Positions 21,271 to 30,437 of a DNA stretch of 64,000 nt are shown here, in pieces; the first letter of the stretch is position 1, and every line of letters begins with the position of its first letter. The notes beneath the pieces were generated by a model, which saw nothing but the letters and a program-made list of their open reading frames with translations, was not told the DNA's origin and did no database searches. The position numbers were made by a program, and so were the translations under genes. Origin of the DNA: Vampirovibrionaceae bacterium NZW_1234 (GTDB lineage Bacteria; Cyanobacteriota; Vampirovibrionia; Vampirovibrionales; JAGQHJ01); contig JBGUGD010000039.1 in the NCBI GenBank assembly GCA_041697335.1, positions 128,001 through 192,000 of the forward strand, written 5' to 3'.

Positions 21271-22242
21271 ATGGAAATGATTATTCTCGGTGCGCTCATC
21301 TTCTTCACCTTGGCCATGGCCGCCTTCGGGGTCATCCAGTCGAAAAACGAAAGCCAGGTCAAAGCCCGCGTATCAAACCTGAACCCAGGTGCGGCACCGA
21401 GCAAAGCCCTGACGGGCCGCCAGAAAAATTTTGATGACAGCTTCACCCAGCGGGTCATTATTCCCTTTGCCCAAAACCTGTCGGATAAAATCCAAACCCT
21501 CATTCCTTTGTCCGGCAAATCCTGGATTCGAATGAAGCTGATGCAGGCCGGATACTTGCGCCCGCAGTACCAGCGAACCTTCATGGGCGTTCACTGTATT
21601 ACCACCGTGGCCCCGTTGTTGTTTGTGGCCTTTCTGGTCCTCATTACCCACTCGGTATCAGGCCTGGTCGCGACGCTTCTGTTTGTCATGTTTGGCGGAA
21701 TGGGCTTCTTTATGCCCATCCTGTGGCTCATTCAGCAAGCGTCCAAACGGCAAAACAGCATCCGAAAAGCCCTGCCGGATTTTCTCGATCTCCTGGTCAT
21801 CTGCGTGGAGGCTGGCTTGGGCTTGGATGTGGCCATTGCCAAGATTTCCAAGATCGAGTCCGTACAGACCTCTGAGTATTTAAGAGAGGAACTGCTGCGG
21901 TATTCCAAAGACATCAGCTTTGGCAAGCCTCGTAAGGATGCGTTGATGGATTTGGCCAACCGGACCGGGATTGACGACCTCAATGCCATCGTCAACGCCT
22001 TGATTCAGGCTTATGAAATGGGCACCGGCGTGGTTCAGGCCTTGAAAGTCCAGTCGGAAGGTCTTCGCCAGAAGCGCCTTCACCGGGCCGAAGCGGCTGC
22101 CAACAAGATTTCGGTCAAAATGGTGCTGCCCATCTACATGTTCTTCTTTCCGGGCATCTTTATCGTGATTCTCGGCCCCTTAATCCTGCATGCCTTCCAG
22201 CAGATTACGCAAACCATGCACCAGACCGGCGGTGGCCCTTAA
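21271..22242 (+). CDS. tadC: TadC (T2SSF domain)
   Basis: LPDFLDLLVICVEAGLGLD and KISVKMVLP motifs. Confidence 0.92.
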   Translation: MEMIILGALIFFTLAMAAFGVIQSKNESQVKARVSNLNPGAAPSKALTGRQKNFDDSFTQRVIIPFAQNLSDKIQTLIPLSGKSWIRMKLMQAGYLRPQYQRTFMGVHCITTVAPLLFVAFLVLITHSVSGLVATLLFVMFGGMGFFMPILWLIQQASKRQNSIRKALPDFLDLLVICVEAGLGLDVAIAKISKIESVQTSEYLREELLRYSKDISFGKPRKDALMDLANRTGIDDLNAIVNALIQAYEMGTGVVQALKVQSEGLRQKRLHRAEAAANKISVKMVLPIYMFFFPGIFIVILGPLILHAFQQITQTMHQTGGGP

Positions 22243-22256
22243 AGCCGTCCACCCTG

Positions 22257-23015
22257 TCAGAGCGCATCTGCGCCGTTGCTTTGCGCCTCATCCTCATCAA
22301 CAGGTTGATCCATGCAAATCAAGGCCATCTTGGCCGCCATTTGCTGGGCTTCTTTTTTGGATTTTCCCTGGCCACAGCCCATCACTTCGCCATTAATGAC
22401 CACTTCCACGTGAAACGTCCGGGAATGGGCGGGGCCTTCTTCCAGTACCGTCACATATTCCGGCAGACCAAAGCCGTCCCCTTGGGTCAATTCCTGAAGG
22501 GCCGCCTTGTAATTATCCTTGGTCTTGCTCAAATCCACTTTGGTGACTTCGTCTTCCACCAGGTCCTCGATAAATTGCGTGGCAAAGGCCATTTGGCCAT
22601 TCAGAAACAGCGCTCCCAAAAAGGCTTCCAGGGCACAAGCCAGGTTGGATACCTTGTTCCGTCCCCCACTTTTAGCCTCACAGGGGCCGAAAATCATATA
22701 CTCGCCAATCTGAATGCGACGGGCAAAATTGGCCAGAACAGCATCACTCACAATCACGGAGCGTATCTTCGTGAGTTCGCCTTCCCGGTAATGGGGAAAG
22801 CGCTCGAACAGATATTGGCTGATGATGATCTTGAGAACGGCATCTCCCAAAAACTCAAGCCGTTCATAGTTTTTCAGGGATGACATCTTGAATTCGTAAG
22901 TATAGGAACTATGCGTCAGCGCCTGTTGGTACAAGGGCAAAGCGTCGTCCGTGTACTCAACACCTAACGACTCTAGAAAAGCCTGAATCTGTTGTAACTC
23001 AGAGTCCTTCATCAT
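22257..23015 (-). CDS. rnc: Ribonuclease III
   Basis: ALTHSSY and NYERLEFLGDAVL motifs; C-terminal dsRBD (GKSKKEAQQMAA). Confidence 0.97.
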   Translation of the reverse strand: MMKDSELQQIQAFLESLGVEYTDDALPLYQQALTHSSYTYEFKMSSLKNYERLEFLGDAVLKIIISQYLFERFPHYREGELTKIRSVIVSDAVLANFARRIQIGEYMIFGPCEAKSGGRNKVSNLACALEAFLGALFLNGQMAFATQFIEDLVEDEVTKVDLSKTKDNYKAALQELTQGDGFGLPEYVTVLEEGPAHSRTFHVEVVINGEVMGCGQGKSKKEAQQMAAKMALICMDQPVDEDEAQSNGADAL

Positions 23016-23887
23016 CGGAACAATTCAATGACCTCATGGGCCAAGCCCTGATGCAACACAAACCAGATAATATAATAATACCCGACCGCCCCAGAGAAAA
23101 TATAGCTGTCGGTTCGATCCAACAGTCCCCCATGCCCGGGGATAACACTCCCGGAATCTTTCAACCCGGCATCTCGCTTAATCAGCGACTCGGACAAATC
23201 CCCCATCTGCCCCACCAGCGAAATCAAGGCGGCAAAAATCAGGCCATGATACCACGGCAGGTGGAACGCCAAGGCCGCCACCAGCCCCACCAAAACGGCG
23301 GCAGAGGTCCCCACCACAGAGCCTTCGACAGTCTTTTTCGGACTGATTTGGGGGGAGAGCAGGTTTTTCCCGAAGCGCTTTCCGCCGTAATAGGCAAAAA
23401 TGTCGGAAGCACTGACAACCAACAGGATAAGCATCAGGTAAAAGACCCCGGACTGTTGCCAAACAGGCAAATGACTGTCATGGCCCAGCTGCCGGATGAG
23501 AATGAAGTGGGCTGGCAGGAAGCCCAGGTAGAAAAACATCATAATGGTCCCCCCGATATCGGAGATGGACGCGGGTTTCTTGCGCAGAAGCAGCCAGGCA
23601 AAGGTAAAAATAAGGCCCACCGTCACGGCCACCTGAAAATGGCGCTCCCACCCCATATAGGCCATCAGATAAAAAATGGGGCTAAACACACAGACGGTTA
23701 ACCGAGACGGCCGAATCCCCTTGGCCGTCATCAAGGCCAGCATTTCCTTGTAGGCAATGGGATAAAAGCCGACGGTAATCAATAATGCCCAGACCCCGCC
23801 ACCTAAAACGGCGCCAAGGGTCACCAGGGCTCCCATCAGGATCCCGGAAACCACGCGTGAATTCTTGGGGCGTTGTGCCGTCATCAT
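23012..23887 (-). CDS. cdsA: Phosphatidate cytidylyltransferase
   Basis: SDIFAYYGG, ISPKKTVEG and GDLSESLIKRDAGLKDSG...PGHGGLLDR motifs. Start is approximate. Confidence 0.95.
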   Translation of the reverse strand: MMTAQRPKNSRVVSGILMGALVTLGAVLGGGVWALLITVGFYPIAYKEMLALMTAKGIRPSRLTVCVFSPIFYLMAYMGWERHFQVAVTVGLIFTFAWLLLRKKPASISDIGGTIMMFFYLGFLPAHFILIRQLGHDSHLPVWQQSGVFYLMLILLVVSASDIFAYYGGKRFGKNLLSPQISPKKTVEGSVVGTSAAVLVGLVAALAFHLPWYHGLIFAALISLVGQMGDLSESLIKRDAGLKDSGSVIPGHGGLLDRTDSYIFSGAVGYYYIIWFVLHQGLAHEVIELFR

Positions 23888-24080
23888 CCGCTCATGCCAA
23901 ACGATGCCCACCAAAGGCGTTCTTTCATCATAGCAAAAAGCCAGTCATCACGAAATGAGAACACACCCTCGCCAAGACCGGTACCTGCGGCATCACCGCT
24001 TAAGGCGTTGCCAAAACCAGCACGAGAAAGGCCCTCTCTGGCCAGGCAGACGGCTTGTAAAGGCGGATTGAGAAAAAAGC

Positions 24081-24524
24081 TTACTCGGCGGCAGCTTCTT
24101 CAGCAGCTGGGGCTTCTTCAGCGGCAGGGGCCGGCTCTTCGGCAGGAGCAGCAGCGGCAGCTTCTGCTGCAGCTTTTTGGGCTTCAGCAGCTTCAGCGGC
24201 GGCGGCTTTCGCCTCTTCCTGTTCCTTCAAGCGCGCTTGGGCTTTCTTGGAAAGGCGCTCTTTTTGCGCTTTTTCCAGAACAATCAATTCACCGGTTTCA
24301 GGAGCTTGCTTAATCAGGCGAACCACAACCTCGGTCGGCACAGCACCTTTACCCAACCAGTCGTTGGCAGCTTGCTTATCCAATTTCAGCTCGCGGGACA
24401 AGGGGTTGAAATATCCCAGTTCTGCCAAGGGAGCGCCGTTACGACGAGCCCGAATGTCCATCACCACGATACGGTAAAACGGTCTTTTCTTTCTGCCTAA
24501 ACGCTTTAAACGAATTTTAACCAT
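24081..24524 (-). CDS. rpsP: 30S ribosomal protein S16 with Ala/Glu-rich tail
   Basis: MVKIRLKRLGRKKRPFYRIVV...LGYFNP; AGGAG RBS. Confidence 0.97.
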   Translation of the reverse strand: MVKIRLKRLGRKKRPFYRIVVMDIRARRNGAPLAELGYFNPLSRELKLDKQAANDWLGKGAVPTEVVVRLIKQAPETGELIVLEKAQKERLSKKAQARLKEQEEAKAAAAEAAEAQKAAAEAAAAAPAEEPAPAAEEAPAAEEAAAE

Positions 24525-24711
24525 TCCTAAAGTAATCTCCTAGTTCACATGTGAAGTTTTATCTATATAGCACAAAGCCCAAAGGGACTCAAGACAAGCT
24601 CAGGTCTGGAAACACCTCAAAACGGGCCCCGGTCATAAACCGGTCAGGGGTATTATAGAACAAAGGCATCGAAAGATCTTGTCTTTGTGCCCCACGCCCC
24701 CGAAAACCCAG

Positions 24712-24741
24712 AAAACAGCTCCCGTCAGTGGCGGGAGCTGT
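24712..24741 (-). terminator. Intrinsic terminator of the 24766..25245 gene
   Basis: ACAGCTCCCG-N7-CGGGAGCTGT stem followed by a T-run on the minus strand. Confidence 0.7.
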
Positions 24742-24765
24742 AAAATGATAACTCAGATTCTGCGT

Positions 24766-25245
24766 TTAGAAAAAGCGAGGGGGCTGAGCGCCTTGATTCT
24801 GCCCGGCAAAAATTTGGCTGAACAAGAACACCAACAAGAACTTGAGGATCTCATCCAGTTTGTCATTTTTCGGGGGCTTCGGTGGTTTGGGCGGCTCGGG
24901 TTGACTGACGCCAAAGTCAGACAACTCAATGAGTCGGTTCCTGCCGGCCAGATCATCCAGTTCCGTCCGGTTCGATGACGAGAACATCCCGCGCATGATC
25001 AAGAGCTTACCGTCGCTGTTGGAATCCACCAGGCGGTCGCCGGACTCTAATCCAATGGCCAAATTTTCCAACACATTGGCCAGGTTGCGATCGGCAACCA
25101 ACGAGGCCTTATCACGTAAATCCTTGGCACTGACGTTTAAATCCCGTATCGGCGCACCGGCAAGGGGTGAAATAAATAAACCACGTACACGATCCACCTC
25201 AACAGGAGTGATTTGACGATACTGTGGCCGGGGTCGAATCATCAT
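24766..25245 (-). CDS. Hypothetical protein with a PPKPPKPPK linker
   Basis: AGGAGG RBS, AT-rich upstream region and its own terminator. Confidence 0.7.
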   Translation of the reverse strand: MMIRPRPQYRQITPVEVDRVRGLFISPLAGAPIRDLNVSAKDLRDKASLVADRNLANVLENLAIGLESGDRLVDSNSDGKLLIMRGMFSSSNRTELDDLAGRNRLIELSDFGVSQPEPPKPPKPPKNDKLDEILKFLLVFLFSQIFAGQNQGAQPPRFF

Positions 25246-25428
25246 GTCTCAATTCCTCCTAAAATCCAAAGGAGCACCTAATTTAACTCTCTTGCATGCA
25301 TTAAAACAAACATTAGATATTTTTTGATATCTATCTTCATACTTATTTAATATTTCGCAAGGATGCCTCAAAACCGAGAAACCGCTGAATACAGGCACCC
25401 GCAGGAATAATAAGACTATCCAGCACGA

Positions 25429-26244
25429 TTAATCCAGAATCAAAGGCGCATTACGCTCGTGAGGCAAGCGGTACAGCCCCGGCGGCGGGGCTGCCTGCTG
25501 GCCTTGGGTTCTTGTCAGATCCAACGGCACATTAAGGCGCACCACCAGATTATGATTCAGCTGATTGCGACCGGGGCTGGCCACATCCACAAACTGCAGC
25601 ATATATCCGGCCTCGACAAAGGACTTGTTCTTAAACGTCCGACGAAACCCCGTAAACACCCGCTCCTGGTTAAACCCTGAATCAATGTGAGGCGTATCAT
25701 TAAGGTTCATCAGCAGCTCATTACTGGCCACCCAGGACCAGGGTCCTTTACGAAGGGGCACGAGTGCCCGAATCAAATAACGTCCCCGGACCGACACCTC
25801 GGCCTGATCCTCGATAAACCGTTGCTCCAGGCGAAACTGATGATTAAACCGGACCTTTTTAACGGCATGATTAATCATCGCCTGCTGCCACACCCGTTGC
25901 TCAAACTGCACACTTGAATCCCCAGCATCATCGGTCGGAAAAATGGGGGACCATAAATAACCGGCGGTCAGGCTCAGATGCGTGTTCACATCATAGGTCA
26001 CAGACGGGCGCACCCGGACCAAGGCCAAATGGGTGACGTTCTCTGAAATACGAGGCTGCACCTCCACCGACAACCGGAATTTCTTGACCGGAACCTCCAG
26101 GGTTACCGGCAGCCAAAGCTGCAAATCGTCTTCTAGAGCCCATGCGCTTAGCCCGCTCTGGGCAATCAGCAGCACCCCAAGCAGCAACCCCATCCCCCAC
26201 CTGAAAAAAATCATTTCTATAGACCTGAGTTCAATGACACACAA
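25429..26244 (-). CDS. DUF2490-family outer-membrane beta-barrel
   Basis: Signal peptide; EQRVWQQ, HQFRLEQRF, RGRY and GFNQERVFTG motifs. True start is probably somewhat downstream. Confidence 0.8.
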   Translation of the reverse strand: MCVIELRSIEMIFFRWGMGLLLGVLLIAQSGLSAWALEDDLQLWLPVTLEVPVKKFRLSVEVQPRISENVTHLALVRVRPSVTYDVNTHLSLTAGYLWSPIFPTDDAGDSSVQFEQRVWQQAMINHAVKKVRFNHQFRLEQRFIEDQAEVSVRGRYLIRALVPLRKGPWSWVASNELLMNLNDTPHIDSGFNQERVFTGFRRTFKNKSFVEAGYMLQFVDVASPGRNQLNHNLVVRLNVPLDLTRTQGQQAAPPPGLYRLPHERNAPLILD

Positions 26245-26522
26245 GGAAGAGAAATCTGCCGCAGCAATCCACTCCGGGGCACCAGATCACCGCTTAGACC
26301 TTCATCGACTCTGGAACCAAGGTTCCCAATCCGGAAAAATACTGAACAAAGACAAATTGAGACACGTGAGCGTTTCATAAAAGATGCTCCCGACTATGCT
26401 ACTGGAATCTCAAACATCCACTCAGGCAGAAACAGCTACCTTACCGAGAATCAACCCGAAGAATCCGATTTCGCTCGGCCTGCGGGAATCCCAAGCCCCT
26501 ATGCCGTGGGCTCAACGTCTGT

Positions 26523-26741
26523 TTAGGATTTTTTGTGGCCCTTGCCCAGAAACACCGAATACAGCAGCAAGGCCATACAAATTCCCAGAATAATGACAAT
26601 GGACCAGAGCACCAGGCTGCTACTCAGGAAGAGGGTGGGCAAGAACAAGGTCATCAGGAAGAACAACCCAAAAAAGAACAGCACCCAGTGTTCATCAACA
26701 AATTCGGTGAACGTCATATGATCATGATCGTGATCGGACAT
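26523..26741 (-). CDS. 72-aa two-TM microprotein with HDHDH N-terminus (last gene of the respiratory operon)
   Basis: GAGGGAG RBS; two hydrophobic helices. Confidence 0.7.
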   Translation of the reverse strand: MSDHDHDHMTFTEFVDEHWVLFFFGLFFLMTLFLPTLFLSSSLVLWSIVIILGICMALLLYSVFLGKGHKKS

Positions 26742-26762
26742 AATGTGTGATGCTCCCTCTGA

Positions 26763-26891
26763 TTACGCTTCTGCAATGAGACCGAAACTGGCAATCATCA
26801 ACAGCAGGAAAAAGAAAAAGGAATAAAACCAGATATATCTCATAAAGAGACCGATTTCTTGCTGTGAATCGACTTTGGCGGCTCGAACCAT
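26763..26891 (-). CDS. 42-aa single-TM microprotein (not in ORF track)
   Basis: Hand translation MVRAAKVDSQQEIGLFMRYIWFYSFFFFLLLMIASFGLIAEA*; AAGGAG RBS; fills the operon gap. Confidence 0.7.
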   Translation of the reverse strand: MVRAAKVDSQQEIGLFMRYIWFYSFFFFLLLMIASFGLIAEA

Positions 26892-26917
26892 GGTGTCAGC
26901 GACTCCTTCTATCTATC

Positions 26918-27331
26918 TTACGACTTTGCGCCAGCGCCGGCGTCATACGTATTGAGGAAGCTGACAAACTCCGTTGCCATTTCCCCAAAGCGGCTGTACT
27001 CCAGAGCCGATAACCAGTAGGCCTGAATGCGCTTACGATCGATGCTGGCACGCAGTTTGGGCTGACGCTCACCTTCCAGGCGAGCCTTGAGAAACTTGTT
27101 GCCTTCGCGGTAATAGCAATCACCAATACGGCAACCCGTGGTAATAACGCCTTCGGCGCCCTGTTTCAAGGCCGACTCAATCATGGCCGGTTGAATATGG
27201 CCACTGCATGGGACCTGAATGACATGGACATCAGGGCATTCAGACAGACAGCGATTGTTATCGAGTCTGTTTTTGAAATCAACACTCCGTTCGCAAACCA
27301 GAGCGATTACTTTAACTTTTTTGGCATTCAC
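26918..27331 (-). CDS. MvhD/FlpD-like [2Fe-2S] protein
   Basis: LVC, VPCSGHI, ALKQGAEGV, GCRIGDCYYREGN and RIQAYWLSALE match the MvhD pattern. ATGA-coupled to the upstream gene. Confidence 0.85.
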   Translation of the reverse strand: MNAKKVKVIALVCERSVDFKNRLDNNRCLSECPDVHVIQVPCSGHIQPAMIESALKQGAEGVITTGCRIGDCYYREGNKFLKARLEGERQPKLRASIDRKRIQAYWLSALEYSRFGEMATEFVSFLNTYDAGAGAKS

Positions 27332-28488
27332 GATTGGGTGCTCCCTGCTAAAGCAACTTGTATCTCTTTCAGTACAACATCCGTAGTCATGCGGGGAATT
27401 TCAATGGCCTTAAAGGCACAGGCCCCAACGCAAAGACCACAGTTGGAACAGCGATCGGCGTTCACCACAGCCAAGCGCTTGAATCGGCTGTCATCATCCC
27501 GATCGACCATCTCAATGGCTTCGTAAGGACAGTCGTGGTAGCACAAGGAGCAACCGGTACAGTTGTCGGTCACCACCTGAGCAAACTGGCCCTGGAACTG
27601 TTTCTTTTGAATATAGGGCAAGAGTAACATTGCGACCGGGATGCCCAGGGTCACAGCCCATGCGGCCTGGAGACTGGCACCATTGGCAATCAGGCCATGG
27701 GGCAGCATGTAAAGCCAGTCAATCTCCAGTACACCACCCGGATTGGTCAGGTTCGGCGGGGCACCGACTTTAATCGGCATCAGGCCACAGGCCACCAACA
27801 AGCCACCGAACATCATCAGGTTCAACACCAAGGGGGCATTGGTCACCGGGCGGGTAATGCGCAGGTAATGCCACCAGAGGAAGAAGAGCATGGAGGTGGG
27901 GATAGCCAGGTGGAGAAACAGATAGCGGGTCAGCGTGAAATCGGTGACGATGCTGCCGCCAATCAACAGCTCTGCCAAGGCCTTTCCGCCAAAGGGAAAC
28001 GCTTGGAGGAAGTTGGTGGTGACATAGGTCAGGGTCACGGAGTTGTCATCCCAAATCAGCATGTACCCGGTCAAACCGGCCAAAAAGAGAATCGTAAACA
28101 GGATGACCCCGGTGATCCACGGTAAAATCCGATACTCCCGGTAGCGATCCGTAAACCAGACGCGGAAGAAGTGCAGCAGCACGAAGATCATCATCCCATC
28201 GGCCGCATACCGGTGCATGGCCCGAAACAGCGCCCCGGACGGAATCTGATTGGTCATATAGAGAATCGACGGGTAGGCCCGTTCCAAGGTGGGGTTGTAG
28301 TAGGCAAACAACAGCAGCCCGGAAATGAACAACACCCATAAAAAGAAGTTGGGCAACGCACCATGGTAATAGAACGGATTGAACTTTTGTGAAAACACGA
28401 CGTTCAACAAACGCTCAATACCCAGCGTCAGCCGTTGCAATTGAGAGATCAACCCTCGATAAGCATCAGAAATGGCTTGGCGTACCAC
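27328..28488 (-). CDS. Cytochrome b fused to a C-terminal 2x[4Fe-4S] ferredoxin
   Basis: All four heme His present (MHRY..LLHF; LHLA..WWHY). CTGCSLCYHDCP and CSNCGLCVGACA motifs. GTG start 28488 follows AGGAG. Confidence 0.88.
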   Translation of the reverse strand: MVRQAISDAYRGLISQLQRLTLGIERLLNVVFSQKFNPFYYHGALPNFFLWVLFISGLLLFAYYNPTLERAYPSILYMTNQIPSGALFRAMHRYAADGMMIFVLLHFFRVWFTDRYREYRILPWITGVILFTILFLAGLTGYMLIWDDNSVTLTYVTTNFLQAFPFGGKALAELLIGGSIVTDFTLTRYLFLHLAIPTSMLFFLWWHYLRITRPVTNAPLVLNLMMFGGLLVACGLMPIKVGAPPNLTNPGGVLEIDWLYMLPHGLIANGASLQAAWAVTLGIPVAMLLLPYIQKKQFQGQFAQVVTDNCTGCSLCYHDCPYEAIEMVDRDDDSRFKRLAVVNADRCSNCGLCVGACAFKAIEIPRMTTDVVLKEIQVALAGSTQS

Positions 28489-28501
28489 CTTGTTTAATCT
28501 C

Positions 28502-28732
28502 CTATGATCTATCCGCTTCAGACTTGGTGACGACATTATCCTCTTTGTCCAAAGCGGTCAGTGCGGCCCCAATGGCAACAAAGACCAACCCGGCACCCAA
28601 CGCCCAGCGAAAATATTCGTGGGGATTGTTGGCTGTCAGTGTTTCGGCATTGAACATGAGATAAAGCCCGACGAAGCCTAGCGCGGAAAAAACGACGGCA
28701 ACTGCGACTTTCAGAACTTGAAGAACAGGCAT
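28502..28732 (-). CDS. 76-aa two-TM microprotein
   Basis: TAATG overlap with the upstream gene; two TM helices. Confidence 0.72.
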   Translation of the reverse strand: MPVLQVLKVAVAVVFSALGFVGLYLMFNAETLTANNPHEYFRWALGAGLVFVAIGAALTALDKEDNVVTKSEADRS

Positions 28733-29010
28733 TATTGGCTTTTCTCCCGATGTCGTAATTTACAATACTGATGATCGATCCATTCAAACAACCCGACCTG
28801 GCGGACCAGTTTATCTTCGCGCTTGGCCTTCATATAGGCGTCATGACCGAGGATAATCAGGGTGAGGACCAGAATGCTCAACCACAAAATGAAGTTCGGC
28901 ACACTGGCCTCGGGCGACTCGGACGTCAAGAGGCGCGAAGCGGCAAAGACCTTGGACAGAGCAAAGGTCGATACCAGAAACCAGGTCCACCATAGCAGTC
29001 GTTGGATCAT
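28732..29010 (-). CDS. 92-aa two-TM microprotein
   Basis: ATGA overlap with the cytochrome b stop; starts MIQRLLWWTWF. Confidence 0.72.
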   Translation of the reverse strand: MIQRLLWWTWFLVSTFALSKVFAASRLLTSESPEASVPNFILWLSILVLTLIILGHDAYMKAKREDKLVRQVGLFEWIDHQYCKLRHREKSQ

Positions 29011-30437
29011 GCGGCTTTGGCCTCCTGTGCCACTTGGCGCTTGGAGCCGGTGGCCATAAAGATCAGGCTTAAGCCCAAGAGCAGCAACGAGTAAATGAAC
29101 CACATCGTAAAGTAGGGATGTTTGGCAAATTCAAAGGTGTTGTGAACGATGCTCGGATGATCGGCATACAAGAGATTCATAAACCCTTGCGGTGCCGGTT
29201 TGGGCATCACGTACAGGAAGAAGTACCAGCCGCTCAGCAACAGGTTGGGAACCACAAAGAACAACCAAACATGGATTTGACGGTAGATGGCGTAATGCCA
29301 CAATTCGGCAACGGTCATCATCACGATCATTTGGGCATACCAGATTGGCGGATCCCGGTTAATGTCGGCCACGTTCATGATGATCAGGATGGAGAACAGG
29401 ATAAAATCGATCAGACCGATAATGGCCGCCACGGTAAAGATGGGCCGTTTCCAGGGATCCCGCTCGGGACCGAAATCCAGAAACATTAAGGCAATGGTAA
29501 TAAACGGAATACCCACGGTCCAAATGGTTGCCCAGTAAGGATCCATGTACTTCAGCAATTGGTACAGCGCCAGGAAGTACCAGTCCGAAAGAATCGGCAG
29601 GGGAGTAACCTCCGGGTTGGCCCGGCTGCCCATTTCCGCGGGCAACACAATGGTGGTCAACAGCAGCATCCCGATAAAGGTCAGCACTGACCAGCGGGGC
29701 AGGTTAATACGCTTGTACCGGTTTTTGTAGAAATACAGTTCGGAAATCACCAGGGCAATCAGGGAGATCCCAAAGTGCAGGGAGAAGAAGCGAGTCATCG
29801 TCGCCTGACCGATGGAGGCCCCTCCCAGAAGCATCTGGGAAACGTTGTTGCCTTGATTGGTGTATTGGCCTAACAGAAACGTGGTCGTCCCCACAAGCTT
29901 GGGGAAGAACCAGTATTCTGTAGGGGCTTTCACATCGAGGTAGGTGGGGAAGGTTCCGAAGATCTTGGTCGCCCAGAAGGCCCGTTGGTTCCAGATCAAC
30001 AGGTACCCGGTCAGACCGGAGTACATGGCGGCCACCAGGATGATCATCGCAAGAATAAAGGCAAATTCACCTTTATTCTTGTACTCGGCCCGGAACCACA
30101 TCCGATAAACCTTCAGGGTGGAGGCAATGATAATGGCGTCGCCACCATACTTGTGCATCCCCCGGATGATTCCCAGAATCAGGTTTTCCTTGATGGCAAT
30201 AATGGAATCATAGGCCTGAAAGGTACTGGGAATGTAAAACGCCACCAGAATCAGACCGGTAATCACCGTAATGATCCAGTACAAATAGGCGATACTGCCC
30301 AGTTGATACCAGGGGGAACTGGCTTGAAGGTCCGTTTTGGTTTCGTCAAAGACGTCGATTTTAGCAAACCGATCGGAGACGTAGCGAAACGCCTTGTCCA
30401 GCATCTGAGGGGGGTTAAAGGGTAAATTAACGCCCAC
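29007..30437 (-). CDS. Cytochrome b (b6 + subunit IV fused, extra C-terminal TMs) lacking the heme bH His pair
   Basis: IRGMHKYG, GLTGYLLIWNQRAFWA, TRFFSLHF and PILSDWYF (PEWY-like) motifs; GTG start after GAGGAGG. Confidence 0.88.
   Translation of the reverse strand: MGVNLPFNPPQMLDKAFRYVSDRFAKIDVFDETKTDLQASSPWYQLGSIAYLYWIITVITGLILVAFYIPSTFQAYDSIIAIKENLILGIIRGMHKYGGDAIIIASTLKVYRMWFRAEYKNKGEFAFILAMIILVAAMYSGLTGYLLIWNQRAFWATKIFGTFPTYLDVKAPTEYWFFPKLVGTTTFLLGQYTNQGNNVSQMLLGGASIGQATMTRFFSLHFGISLIALVISELYFYKNRYKRINLPRWSVLTFIGMLLLTTIVLPAEMGSRANPEVTPLPILSDWYFLALYQLLKYMDPYWATIWTVGIPFITIALMFLDFGPERDPWKRPIFTVAAIIGLIDFILFSILIIMNVADINRDPPIWYAQMIVMMTVAELWHYAIYRQIHVWLFFVVPNLLLSGWYFFLYVMPKPAPQGFMNLLYADHPSIVHNTFEFAKHPYFTMWFIYSLLLLGLSLIFMATGSKRQVAQEAKAA

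Noticed and set aside
24081..24230. Ala/Glu/Pro repeat tail on S16
   Set aside because: Such extensions are well known on S16 in several phyla.
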